DNA of 64,000 bases from Actinomycetes bacterium (lineage in GTDB: Bacteria; Actinomycetota; Acidimicrobiia; Acidimicrobiales; Palsa-688): positions 201,025 to 265,024 of the forward strand of contig JAKBAM010000002.1 in NCBI GenBank assembly GCA_021809105.1, in the 5' to 3' direction. Of the stretch, positions 37,026-46,525 are shown piece by piece. The stretch's first letter is position 1. Every line of letters begins with the position of its first letter. The translations under genes were made by a program, and so were the position numbers. The notes beneath the pieces are model-generated. The model was not told the DNA's origin and ran no database searches. It was given only the letters and a program-made list of their open reading frames with translations.

Positions 37026-38642
37026 TCAGGCGCCTTCGTGACCGGCAGCCTCTTGGGCCGCGGCGGCGGTCGCAACATCCCGGGGATAGGTGCGCATGGC
37101 CTTCAGCAGCAGGACGCCGTTGGCGGCGAGGGGCAGCAGCATGACCAGGAAGGTGAGCTCGAGGCCAGACCGGCCACCACCGAATACATGGTCGGAGACC
37201 ACCCCGAACAGCAGCGGCGCCAGCGCCTGGGCGCCGGTCCGCAACCCGGTCCTGATGCCTTCGGCTCGCCCCCACAGCGATGACGGGACGATGTCGAGGC
37301 GGGCGGCGTCGATGGGGGGGTTCTGTGCGGATAGGAACAGCGCGGCCAGGACCAGGTAGAAGAGGGCGACGGAGACGGATCGGGTCAGCAGCGCAGGGAC
37401 GAAGAGGCCGGCGGTGGCCAGGGCAGCGATACCCGTGATCAGGATGCGGGCGTTGAGGAAGCCGCGGTGGAGCAGGCCGTCGGAGAGGCGCCCGGCCACC
37501 AGTACCCCCAGGATCGCGCCGGCGCCGAGCACGAGCAGCAGGGCATTGGCGAAGGCCTGGTTTATCCGATACTGCTGCTTGGCGAACTCGACGGCGAATG
37601 TCTCCACCCCAGATAGATAGAAGTAGCCACAGGAGCTGGCCACGATCAGGGTGACGTTGGTCGGGATGCTGATCACGTAGCGAAACGCGGCGACGAAGCC
37701 GAGGCGATCCAGGCGCGGCCCGATGATCAGAGCCTCGTTGGTGATCAGGCCCCGTTGGCGCGCCAGGCGCTGCGCCGCGGTCTCTGCGGCCGGCTCGAAG
37801 GCGCTGGCACCGGAGGCGTACGGAGCGGATGTGCTCGGCTGTGGGGACGCAGCCGGAGACACCGGCTGGCCGGTTGGGCCCGACGCCGGCTTGGTGGACG
37901 GGAGGAGTGGGGCTACGCCCCCCCGCGCCGGCTCGGGCAGGCGCAGCACCTCCCGGGCCAATATGAAGGCCGGGATAGCCAGAACGAGGAAGGCCGCGCG
38001 CCACGAGAGGGCCGCGACGTCGCCAGTGACGGCGAAGCCGATCCCTGCCCCGAGAAGCTCGCCGGTGAGCAGGTAGCCGTAGATCTTCCCCCGCTCTCCG
38101 CTCGGGAAGTAGTCGCCGATCAGTGATGCCACGATCGGCCCTGCCGCTGCGGTGACGATCCCGAGTAGCAGCCGTGTCAGCAGCAGCCGGCCGAAGCTGC
38201 TCGCGGCGGCGCTCAGCGCCATCGCCACGCCCCAGAGGATGATGGCCAGCCCTAGCGTGCGCGTCCGGTTGAAGCGGTCGGCCACCGCGCCGAACGGCAT
38301 GCTCGCCACTGCCGCCACCACCGAGCTGACGGCCACCAGCAGGCCGATGTCGGTGTTGGAGATGTGCAGGGCGCTGCGGAGCTGGGTCGCCGCTGCTCCG
38401 ACGGTCGCGGCGTCCGCCGAGCTCAGGGCCAGCACCGCCCCGAGCAGCACGACCACCCTCGTCCGGTCCGGACCGCCGAGGGTGTGCTCGACGCGCCGGG
38501 CGGTCCAGCGAGCAAAGCGCCGGCTGCCTCTGCGGACTGGCCCCGGTCTTGGCTGCGTCGAGGTGATCTGTTGACCGCTCAGCGCCAAGGGCGGGGATGC
38601 GCCGCCGCCGTCGGTTGGTGGTCCAGCCCCGCATCTACGCAC
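37026..38642 (-). CDS. MFS transporter
   Basis: 12-14 predicted TM segments and MFS signature loops. Start uncertain (low-complexity N-terminus). Confidence 0.7.
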   Translation of the reverse strand: MRRCGAGPPTDGGGASPPLALSGQQITSTQPRPGPVRRGSRRFARWTARRVEHTLGGPDRTRVVVLLGAVLALSSADAATVGAAATQLRSALHISNTDIGLLVAVSSVVAAVASMPFGAVADRFNRTRTLGLAIILWGVAMALSAAASSFGRLLLTRLLLGIVTAAAGPIVASLIGDYFPSGERGKIYGYLLTGELLGAGIGFAVTGDVAALSWRAAFLVLAIPAFILAREVLRLPEPARGGVAPLLPSTKPASGPTGQPVSPAASPQPSTSAPYASGASAFEPAAETAAQRLARQRGLITNEALIIGPRLDRLGFVAAFRYVISIPTNVTLIVASSCGYFYLSGVETFAVEFAKQQYRINQAFANALLLVLGAGAILGVLVAGRLSDGLLHRGFLNARILITGIAALATAGLFVPALLTRSVSVALFYLVLAALFLSAQNPPIDAARLDIVPSSLWGRAEGIRTGLRTGAQALAPLLFGVVSDHVFGGGRSGLELTFLVMLLPLAANGVLLLKAMRTYPRDVATAAAAQEAAGHEGA

Positions 38643-38683
38643 ATGCTGGCGACCCTACTGTGCAGTGAGGGCACACGAGTCGG

Positions 38684-41260
38684 CTAAAGATCCGCACCAT
38701 GGCGCACCTCGGTCGCCGACATCACCGGCTCACCCGCCTCGTCGGAGGCTGTCACGTCTATGTCGAACACCAACGCCCAGTCGTGGTCGCCGGCGGGATC
38801 CTCGAGGACCTGGTGGACCTGCCAGTGGGGGCCTTCGAGACGCCCGGGCGGACCGGCCAGCGGTTCGCGCTCAACCTTCCACCATGTCGCTGAGCGTGCC
38901 TCTGATCCGATCCCGATCGACGGGTGCTGGGCGTGGTAGGGCAGCATCGCTGTGGCCCATGTGGCGCTGTCCCAGCCCCCCGGACCTTCCAAGGCGGCCA
39001 AGGCGGCGTAGTCGCGCCGAGCGGCCAGCTCTACTCGCCGGAAGCAGGCGTTGCGCAGCATGATCGAAAAGGCCCGCTCGTTGGCGCTGAGAGGCGCCAC
39101 CGCGACCTCGCCAGCAGAGGGCGGCCGTAGCTCCACGCCCGCCGCCTGACGGCCGCCGCGCAAGGCCTCCCACTCGTCGAGCAGGCTGGAGTCCACCTGG
39201 CGTACCAGCTCGCCCAGCCAAGCCGTGACGTCGTCGAGACTGTCGGTCTTCAAATCTTCCGGGACGCTTCGTCGCAACGCCTTGTAGACGTCGCTCAGGT
39301 AGCGCAGCACCAGCCCTTCGGAGCGGGTCAATCCGTAGTGGGCGACGTACTCGCTGAAGGTCATGCCTCGCTCGTAGAGATCACGAACCACCGACTTCGG
39401 TCGCACGTTGTGGTCAGCGGCCCAAGCGTGGCGTACGCGGTAATTGTCGAAGAGGTCGTACAAGGGGCCAGCGAGGGGTTTCGGGTGCTCCAGCGTGTCG
39501 AGCACGGCCATCCGGTCTTCGTACTCGACCCCCTCGGACTTCAGCCGGGTCACCGTCTCGCCTCGTAGCTTGTCGAGCTGTGCGGCCAGGATCGGCCCAG
39601 GATCGTCGAGCGTCGCCTCGACCACGCTCAGGACGTCGAGGGTCCACGACGGAAGATCCGCGTCGAGCCGATCTAGAGCCTCGAGCACGAAAGGCCCGAG
39701 CGGTGCATCGAGAGCGAAGTTGCTCTGCAGGTCGGTGGTGACCCGGATGCGCCGTCCCCGCTCGTCGGGACTATCGAGGACCTCCAAGGCGCCGGCCCCG
39801 AGCAGTGACCGGTACATGGCGATGGCGGTGCGGATGTGGCGGCGCTTCGCGGAGCGGGGTTCGTCGTTGTCGAGGAGCAGCCGGCGCAGGCCGGCACATC
39901 CATCGCCGGGGCGGTCCAGCACGTTGAGAAGCATGGAGTGGGAGACGCTGAAGCTCGATCCGAGTGGCTCGGGAGGCGCGGACTGGAGCCGGGTGAAGGT
40001 GTCTTCGGTCCAAGGCACGTAGCCTCGTGGCGGCTTGGCCTTTACCAGCTTCCTCGACTTTTTCGGATCGCCGGCCGCCTTGGCCGCGGCCCGCTCGTTG
40101 TCGATCACGTGCTCGGGGGCCTGGATCACTGCCAGTCCGGCGCTGTCGTAGCCCGCCCGCCCGGCCCGCCCGGCGATCTGATGGAATTCCCGGGCGCTCA
40201 GCAGCCTGGTGGTGGTGCCGTCGTACTTGGCCAGGCCCGTCAGCACCACCGTGCGCAGGGGCAGGTTGACCCCGACACCGAGCGAATCGGTACCGGTCAC
40301 CACCCTCAGCAGATTGGCCTGCGCCAGGCGTTCCACCAGCCGCCGGTACCGGGGGAGCATCCCGCCGTGGTGCACCCCGATGGCGTGGCGAAGCAGGCGG
40401 GAGAGCGTGCGACCGAACCCGGGGGCGAACCGGAAGCCGGCGATGGCTTCGGCTACTGCGTCACGTTGCGCACGGGTGGCGATCTGTGCGCTGGTCAGCG
40501 CCTGGGCGTGTGCTACGGCCGCGGCCTGGGTGAAGTGGACCACGTACACCGGGGCGAGGTCGGCGGCCACCAGCGACTCGATTGTCTCGTGCAGCGGTGT
40601 TCGGCGGTACTCGTAGGCGAGCGGGACCGGTCGGGTGCCCGACGAGATGACCGCGACCTCGCGCGACGTGCGGCGGCGCAGGTCGGCCACGAAGCGACGA
40701 GTGTCTCCCAGGGTGGCCGACAGCAGGATGAACTGGGCGCTGATCATCTCGATGAGGGGCACCTGCCACGCCCAACCCCGCGCAGGGTCGGCATAGAAGT
40801 GGAACTCATCCATGACCACTTGGTCGACATTGATCGCCGCACCGTGGCGCAGCGCCATGTTGGCCAGGACCTCGGCGGTGGCGCAGACGACGGGTGCATC
40901 GGGGTTGATCGCACCGTCACCGGTCAGCATCCCGACTCGCGAAGGGCCCAGGGCACCGCAGAGGTCGAAGAACTTCTCCGACACAAGCGCCTTGATAGGG
41001 GCGGTGTAGAAGCTCCGGCGGCCGCCGGCGAGCGCAGCCACGTGCGCGCCGAGCGCGATCAAGCTCTTCCCCGACCCCGTCGGTGTGGTGACCACAGCGT
41101 GATTGCCCGAGAAGATCTCGAGCAACGCTTCCTCCTGCGCCGGGTACAGCTGCAGCCCCCGCTCGGCGACCCAGCTGCCGAAGGCGTCGAGCGCTTCGTC
41201 GGGCGCGGCCCTGACGGCGCCCAGGGGCATGGGCCCGGGCGGCTGTTCGGGGTCGGTCAC
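38684..41260 (-). CDS. DEAD/DEAH-box helicase with DUF3516-type C-terminal region
   Basis: Walker A TTPTGSGKSL, DEAH-like box VVMDEFH and helicase C motifs. 858 aa. Confidence 0.8.
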   Translation of the reverse strand: MTDPEQPPGPMPLGAVRAAPDEALDAFGSWVAERGLQLYPAQEEALLEIFSGNHAVVTTPTGSGKSLIALGAHVAALAGGRRSFYTAPIKALVSEKFFDLCGALGPSRVGMLTGDGAINPDAPVVCATAEVLANMALRHGAAINVDQVVMDEFHFYADPARGWAWQVPLIEMISAQFILLSATLGDTRRFVADLRRRTSREVAVISSGTRPVPLAYEYRRTPLHETIESLVAADLAPVYVVHFTQAAAVAHAQALTSAQIATRAQRDAVAEAIAGFRFAPGFGRTLSRLLRHAIGVHHGGMLPRYRRLVERLAQANLLRVVTGTDSLGVGVNLPLRTVVLTGLAKYDGTTTRLLSAREFHQIAGRAGRAGYDSAGLAVIQAPEHVIDNERAAAKAAGDPKKSRKLVKAKPPRGYVPWTEDTFTRLQSAPPEPLGSSFSVSHSMLLNVLDRPGDGCAGLRRLLLDNDEPRSAKRRHIRTAIAMYRSLLGAGALEVLDSPDERGRRIRVTTDLQSNFALDAPLGPFVLEALDRLDADLPSWTLDVLSVVEATLDDPGPILAAQLDKLRGETVTRLKSEGVEYEDRMAVLDTLEHPKPLAGPLYDLFDNYRVRHAWAADHNVRPKSVVRDLYERGMTFSEYVAHYGLTRSEGLVLRYLSDVYKALRRSVPEDLKTDSLDDVTAWLGELVRQVDSSLLDEWEALRGGRQAAGVELRPPSAGEVAVAPLSANERAFSIMLRNACFRRVELAARRDYAALAALEGPGGWDSATWATAMLPYHAQHPSIGIGSEARSATWWKVEREPLAGPPGRLEGPHWQVHQVLEDPAGDHDWALVFDIDVTASDEAGEPVMSATEVRHGADL

Positions 41261-41271
41261 GGGGCTCCTAT

Positions 41272-41322
41272 GCTACGGACACAGCGAGGCTACGGACACG
41301 GCGAGGCTACGGAGACACGAGG
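41272..41322. repeat. three tandem copies of a 17-bp direct repeat (GCTACGGACACAGCGAG-like) in the helicase/hydrolase divergent intergenic region
   Basis: The copies are gctacggacacagcgag, gctacggacacggcgag and gctacggagacacgagg. A CCCGGGACCCGGGCC palindromic stretch follows. Confidence 0.7.
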
Positions 41323-41353
41323 CGCCCGGGACCCGGGCCGGGGAGGCGGGCAC

Positions 41354-42193
41354 ATGGCCGGGATCTTCGACATGGAGCTCGAGGAGCGCGACGGTACCTT
41401 TGCCGACGGCCGACTCTTCTACCGGCACTGGCCGGCGCCGGATCCCCTGGCCATCGCCGTGGTTTTGCACGGGTTCGCCGAGCACAGCGGGCGCTACCAC
41501 CATGTGGCGGCCGCCCTGGTCGGCGTTGGCGTCGACGTGTGGGCACCCGATCTCCGCGGCCACGGCAGGTCCAAGGGCGAGCGGGCCAACATCGAGTCCG
41601 TGCTTGCCGCCGTAGAAGACGCGGACCTCTTCATTGATCTGGTGCTCTCCGGACGCACGGGCGATCGGTCATTGCCCCTCTACCTCGTCGGCCATTCCAT
41701 GGGTGGCCTTGTCGCCACCGCCTACGCGGAGGAGCACCAGCCACGGCTGGCTGGCCTGGCGCTCTCTGGCCCCCTGCTCCATGCACCGCCGGAGTTGCTA
41801 GCCCTCGCCGATGCTCCGGAGATACCCGACCTGGGGCTGGCCGACGCGGTCTCGAGCGATCCCGCTGTCGTTGCGGACTACAAGGCCGACCCTCTGAACC
41901 ACCTCGGACCGCCACCGAGGGGCTTCCTGCGGGCGGCAGGTGACCTCGAGGAGGTACGGGGCCGACTCGGGGTCCTCACTCTTCCGCTCCTGGTCATGCA
42001 GGGCTCGGCCGACTTACTGGTAAGCCCCCAAGCTTTACGCGACCTGGTGGGCGCAGTTGCGTCGGAGGATCTCACCGCACGCCTGTGGCCCGGATTGTGG
42101 CACGAGATATTCAACGAGCCTCGGCGACACGAAGTGCTCCGCATGCTCTGTGACTGGATCCTCGAGCGCTCGCCGTCCTCCTCCTCCTCCTGA
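41354..42193 (+). CDS. alpha/beta hydrolase (lysophospholipase / monoacylglycerol-lipase-like)
   Basis: HGFAEHSGRY, nucleophile elbow GHSMGG and catalytic histidine region WHEIFNE. The upstream part of the 785-aa ORF is an artefact. Confidence 0.8.
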   Translation: MAGIFDMELEERDGTFADGRLFYRHWPAPDPLAIAVVLHGFAEHSGRYHHVAAALVGVGVDVWAPDLRGHGRSKGERANIESVLAAVEDADLFIDLVLSGRTGDRSLPLYLVGHSMGGLVATAYAEEHQPRLAGLALSGPLLHAPPELLALADAPEIPDLGLADAVSSDPAVVADYKADPLNHLGPPPRGFLRAAGDLEEVRGRLGVLTLPLLVMQGSADLLVSPQALRDLVGAVASEDLTARLWPGLWHEIFNEPRRHEVLRMLCDWILERSPSSSSS

Positions 42194-42314
42194 AGAGGCG
42201 CCACTTCTTCGTTGCTTTCGCCCCGGGGCCAGAAAGGTTTTGGCGTGCTCCCGGTCAGGGAACAGGTAGATCGGCAGGGTAAAGACCCAGGCCATACTGA
42301 GGGAGCAACTCACG

Positions 42315-42560
42315 ATGGGTGTTGGTACCAGCATCTTCTTGATCGCAGTCGGTGCCGTGCTCGACTTTGCCGTCAAGGTGCACAACAGCAACTTCAACAT
42401 CAATACGATCGGCTTGATCTTGATGATCGTCGGCGCGATAGGACTACTCTTGTCCCTGATGTTCTGGGGCTCTTGGGGTGGATTCGGCAACTACCGCCGG
42501 ACGCAGCGGGTCGTGCGCGACGGCAACCAGACCGTCGTCGACGAGCGCGGTCGCTACTAA
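42315..42560 (+). CDS. small membrane protein (2 TM)
   Basis: 81 aa with two hydrophobic helices, IFLIAVGAVLDFAV and IGLILMIVGAIGLLLSLMF. Confidence 0.45.
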   Translation: MGVGTSIFLIAVGAVLDFAVKVHNSNFNINTIGLILMIVGAIGLLLSLMFWGSWGGFGNYRRTQRVVRDGNQTVVDERGRY

Positions 42561-42574
42561 GAGAGGGGCTGACC

Positions 42575-43066
42575 TCAGCGCTGGCTGGCGCGCTCCAACA
42601 GCCGCTCGCGGCACTGTTCCACGGCTGCTTCGGCCTCCTCGCGGGAGCGCCAGCCGACTATCTCGACGTTCTTGTCCGGCTCCAAGGCCTTGTAGATCTC
42701 GAAGAAGTGGGCGATCTCGTCCAGCTCGTGGACGGGCACGTCCTCCAACTCCAATATCTCAGCGCTGCGGGGATCGCTGGCGGCCACGCAGAGGATCTTG
42801 GCGTCGGTGCCCTCCTCGTCGCTCATGAGGAACATGCCCACCGGGCGCGCCCTTATGTGGCAGCCGGGAAAAGTCTTCTCCCTGAGGACGACCATAGCGT
42901 CGAGGGGATCGCCATCGGCGGCCAGCGTGTGGGGCACGTACCCGTAGTCCTCGGGATACTGCGTCGAGGTGAACAGGGTCCGGTCGAGCCAGATGACCCC
43001 CGCTTCGTCTGCCTCGTACTTGTTGCGAGTGCCCTTCGGGATCTCGACTACGACCTCCATCTCCAT
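42575..43066 (-). CDS. ppa: inorganic pyrophosphatase
   Basis: EIPKGTRNKYE and DGDPLDAMVV family I PPase signatures. Confidence 0.9.
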   Translation of the reverse strand: MEMEVVVEIPKGTRNKYEADEAGVIWLDRTLFTSTQYPEDYGYVPHTLAADGDPLDAMVVLREKTFPGCHIRARPVGMFLMSDEEGTDAKILCVAASDPRSAEILELEDVPVHELDEIAHFFEIYKALEPDKNVEIVGWRSREEAEAAVEQCRERLLERASQR

Positions 43067-43141
43067 GACTCGATTGGTACCACGGCATGGCGCTCGGCGC
43101 ACCCCAGCCTTGGACCGACTCGCGCCGGCTGGGGCCTGCAG

Positions 43142-43408
43142 CTAGCGGCGGGCGCTCAGCTGGCGCCGGCTGCGGTCCGTGGCGGACCGGTGGCCGGCCC
43201 GGCGGGCGACGGCCAGGACGGCGAAGAGCACGACGGCGACCGTCACCACGGTGCGGGTGCGCCAGCCGGCCATGGCACCGAGCGCCTCGACGGCGCCGCC
43301 GACAGCGAGCGGGAGGCCCCACCAGTGGTGCCTACGGCCTCGGAACCCGATCACTGCCACGATCACCCCGGCCAGCGCGAAGACGAGGGGCCCGAGTCCT
43401 AGCGCCAT
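43142..43408 (-). CDS. putative small membrane protein (2 TM)
   Basis: 88 aa starting at an ATG. Hydrophobic segments LGLGPLVFALAGVIVAVIGF and TVVTVAVVLFAVLAV. Weak support only. Confidence 0.3.
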   Translation of the reverse strand: MALGLGPLVFALAGVIVAVIGFRGRRHHWWGLPLAVGGAVEALGAMAGWRTRTVVTVAVVLFAVLAVARRAGHRSATDRSRRQLSARR

Positions 43409-43549
43409 GGCGCAGAACAACGAGACGACGCCACTTAGGATGTAGAAGATCACGATGCGCAGGTCCGGTCCGGGAGGGCAGCTGGCTGCACAGACGATAC
43501 CCCTCGGTGGTGGCCTCCGAGGGGACCCGGAGCCGGAGGAGCAAACATA

Positions 43550-44938
43550 GTGCCGCTGCACCGTCCTGCGAAGTCGAGCTCGGATGTCGTCGCCCTGCAC
43601 CCGCTCTACAGCGGGCGAGCTGGCACGACGACCATACCGGCCTATCGGATGCCCGACGGCGAGATGGAACCCGACGCCGCGGACCGCCTGATCCGCGACG
43701 AGTTGCTCCTCGACGGCAGCTCCCGTCTCAACCTGGCCACGTTCGTCACCACATGGATGGAGCCGACGGCTGCCGCCCTGATGGCCGACTGTGCCGACAA
43801 GAACATGATCGACCGCGACGAGTATCCCCAAACGGCCGAGCTCGAGAGCCGATGCATCCACATGATCGCCAGGCTCTGGCACGTGCCGAGCCATCAGGCC
43901 GTGGGATGCTCCACGACTGGATCCTCGGAGGCGGCGATGCTTGCGGGCCTAGCCCTCAAGTGGAGGTGGAGGTCGCGGCGGGCGGCGGTCGGGGCCGACA
44001 CCACCAGGCCCAATATGGTGATGGGCACCAACGTTCAGGTGTGCTGGGAAAAGTTCTGCCGCTACTGGGACGTCGAGCCCCGTTACGTCCCCATGGCGCC
44101 GGGGCGTCTCCATCTCACCTCTGAGGAGGCGGTGAAGCGCTGCGATGACAACACGATCGGCGTCGTGGCGATCCTCGGCTCTACACAGGACGGAAGCTAC
44201 GAGCCCGTCGCCGAGATCGCCGCTGCGCTGGACCGGCTGGCCGACGGGGGAGGGCCAGACGTGCCCGTCCACGTGGACGCGGCCTCCGGCGGGTTCGTGG
44301 CGCCCTTCATCGACCAGGACCTGGTCTGGGACTTCCGGCTGCCGCGGGTAGCGTCGATCAACTCCTCGGGGCACAAGTACGGGCTGGTATACCCGGGTGT
44401 GGGTTGGGTGCTCTGGAGAGACGCGGAAGCCTTGCCCGACGACCTGATTTTCCGGGTCAACTACCTGGGCGGCAGCATGCCGACCTTCGCCCTCAACTTC
44501 TCGCGTCCGGGGGCCGAGGTCGTGGCGCAGTACTACCAGTTCATCCGCTTGGGTTTCGACGGGTACCGGCGGGTGCAGCTGGCGTGCCGGTCGGTGGCCC
44601 ACCACCTGGCGCACGAGATCGCGCAGATCGGACCCTTCGATCTGTTGAGCGATGGTGGCGAGCTCCCAGTCGTCGCCTTCACCCTCCACGACGGCGCGGG
44701 GCATTACACCGTGTTCGATGTCTCCGACGGGCTGCGCCGGCGGGGGTGGCAGGTCCCGGCCTACACTCTGCCCGCGGACCTGACGCACGTGGCAGTGCTG
44801 AGAATCGTGGTGCGTAACGGGTTCAGCCGAGACATGGCCGATCGGCTCCTGTCGGACCTGCGGGCCGTGGTGCGGCGGCTCGGCAAGCTGACCGCCGCCC
44901 TACCGGAGGAGGAGGGCCAGGAGAGCTTCCACCACTAG
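43550..44938 (+). CDS. gadB: glutamate decarboxylase (PLP-dependent)
   Basis: Family motifs LNLATFVTTWMEP and SINSSGHKYGLVYPGVGW (PLP-lysine). GGAGGA RBS. Confidence 0.85.
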   Translation: MPLHRPAKSSSDVVALHPLYSGRAGTTTIPAYRMPDGEMEPDAADRLIRDELLLDGSSRLNLATFVTTWMEPTAAALMADCADKNMIDRDEYPQTAELESRCIHMIARLWHVPSHQAVGCSTTGSSEAAMLAGLALKWRWRSRRAAVGADTTRPNMVMGTNVQVCWEKFCRYWDVEPRYVPMAPGRLHLTSEEAVKRCDDNTIGVVAILGSTQDGSYEPVAEIAAALDRLADGGGPDVPVHVDAASGGFVAPFIDQDLVWDFRLPRVASINSSGHKYGLVYPGVGWVLWRDAEALPDDLIFRVNYLGGSMPTFALNFSRPGAEVVAQYYQFIRLGFDGYRRVQLACRSVAHHLAHEIAQIGPFDLLSDGGELPVVAFTLHDGAGHYTVFDVSDGLRRRGWQVPAYTLPADLTHVAVLRIVVRNGFSRDMADRLLSDLRAVVRRLGKLTAALPEEEGQESFHH

Positions 44939-44962
44939 AGCCGCCGCTCGCAGGCCGCTTTG

Positions 44963-46525
44963 TCACCGGGACGGGTAGAGGGAGTAGTCGGGGAAGTTGC
45001 CGTTGAGCCGCTCGGCGGCGCCTTCTGGTCCGTAGGTGACCGCATCAACCAGTAGGTCGCCACCCACGAAAGCTCCCTTCCAAGAAGCTCCGAGGCCGCC
45101 GAACACCTCTTCGCGGTCGCCCCGGCTGCGGGGCTTGTTGACCCCGACCTTGAACGACTGAAGCTGCTCGCTGACCCGGGCGGCGAATGCCTCGTCGTCG
45201 GTGGCGAGGGAGCCGACCAGCGATCCGTTCGAGGCGTTCATGGCGGCGAGGAGCTCCGCCTCGGTATCGACGACCACCACCGAGTCGAGTGGCCCGAACG
45301 GCTCGGCGTGGTGCAGCGACCAGTTGGCCGGCGGCGAGAGGACGCACGCCGGTGCCGTGTAGGCCGAGGTGTCCATGGCGTCGAGGAAGGTGCCCTCCCC
45401 GACGGAGCGCCGAGCCAAGGGGATGCCGCCGCCACGAACAGCCTCATCCAGCGCCGCCGACAGCTCGGCGGCCTTGGTGGCGTGGATCACCGGCCCGAAG
45501 TCGAGGTCGGGGAAAGGTGCATCGGCGGCCTCCACCGCCAGCGGGTGACCGAAGCGGATGCCCGCGACCACGGGTAGGTACATTGCCAGGAACGCCGGGA
45601 ACAGCCGGCGCTGGACGACATAGCGGGGGTAGGCGGTGCAGCGCTGCTTGGCGTATTCGAACCCCTTCCGCAGGTGCTGGGCGAGCAGTGCCCACTGGGA
45701 GAAGTCCCAGATCCCCCAACAGTTGAGGCCCTCTTGCTCGAGCATGTGGCGGCGTCCCGTGTCCGCCAGGGAGATCGCCACCTGCCGGCCATTGGCCCGC
45801 CCACCGACAAAGGCAAGGGCCCCGAGGCCATCTGAGCGCACCAGCACGTCGCCGAGCTGGCTGCCAACGCCGGAGATCAATGTGACGGGAAGACCGGTGC
45901 GGCGCATGAGGGCGTGGGCCAGGGTCAGGCAGTGGAAGCCGCCCTGGGAGGGGGTCTTGGCCACGACGGCATTGCCTGCCAGTAGCTGGACGAGCTCGCC
46001 GTGGACCTGCACGCTCATCGGGTAGTTCCAGGATGCGATGTTGGAGACCGGCCCCGGCAGCGGCCTGCGCTCGGTGTCCGTGCCGATCCGCAGCTGGCGC
46101 TCGATCTGCCCGACGTACCAGCGAGCACCGTCCAAGCAACGGTCGACGTCGGCCATCGCCAGGCGCCACGGCTTCCCGATCTCCCAGACGAGGAGCAGGG
46201 CCAGGAGGTCGCGGTGCTCGGTCAAGGCGTCCACTGCGTCGGTCACCCGGCTGCGGCGCTCGTCGAGATCGACCTGAGCCCACTCTCCGTGCTCCTTCAA
46301 TGCGAACGCCACCGCCTCCTCCGCCTGGGCATACGACAACCGGGGCGGTCCCGGGATCGGGCTCCCATCCACCGGCGTCACATGGTCCCCCGGGATGCCG
46401 GTGCGCTGCCACTCGCCCCCCGCCAGGTTCCGCAACCGATCCGAGTCGAACGCCTCGGGGGCGGCAGCAACGCAACGGCCGTACGTCTCCCACCAAGACG
46501 TTCCCGGCTTCAGCAGTCTTGCCAT
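44963..46525 (-). CDS. aldehyde dehydrogenase family protein
   Basis: Catalytic Cys region AKQRCTA and ALDH fold. 520 aa. Convergent with the GAD gene. Confidence 0.85.
   Translation of the reverse strand: MARLLKPGTSWWETYGRCVAAAPEAFDSDRLRNLAGGEWQRTGIPGDHVTPVDGSPIPGPPRLSYAQAEEAVAFALKEHGEWAQVDLDERRSRVTDAVDALTEHRDLLALLLVWEIGKPWRLAMADVDRCLDGARWYVGQIERQLRIGTDTERRPLPGPVSNIASWNYPMSVQVHGELVQLLAGNAVVAKTPSQGGFHCLTLAHALMRRTGLPVTLISGVGSQLGDVLVRSDGLGALAFVGGRANGRQVAISLADTGRRHMLEQEGLNCWGIWDFSQWALLAQHLRKGFEYAKQRCTAYPRYVVQRRLFPAFLAMYLPVVAGIRFGHPLAVEAADAPFPDLDFGPVIHATKAAELSAALDEAVRGGGIPLARRSVGEGTFLDAMDTSAYTAPACVLSPPANWSLHHAEPFGPLDSVVVVDTEAELLAAMNASNGSLVGSLATDDEAFAARVSEQLQSFKVGVNKPRSRGDREEVFGGLGASWKGAFVGGDLLVDAVTYGPEGAAERLNGNFPDYSLYPSR

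Noticed and set aside
36727-38634. 635-aa minus-strand ORF
   Set aside because: It is an alternate frame of the MFS transporter gene. It has low-complexity Arg/Pro/Gly composition, while the MFS frame has clear TM helices.
41272-41322. Possible CRISPR array
   Set aside because: There are only three 17-bp units with no unique spacers between them and no cas genes. It is a simple tandem repeat.
39836-42193. 785-aa plus-strand ORF
   Set aside because: The first 500 or so codons are antisense to the DUF3516 helicase and compositionally junk (Arg/Gly/Pro-rich). Only the segment from the ATG at 41354 encodes a recognisable alpha/beta hydrolase.
42212-43402. 396-aa plus-strand ORF
   Set aside because: It is antisense to the inorganic pyrophosphatase gene, which has unmistakable family I PPase motifs.
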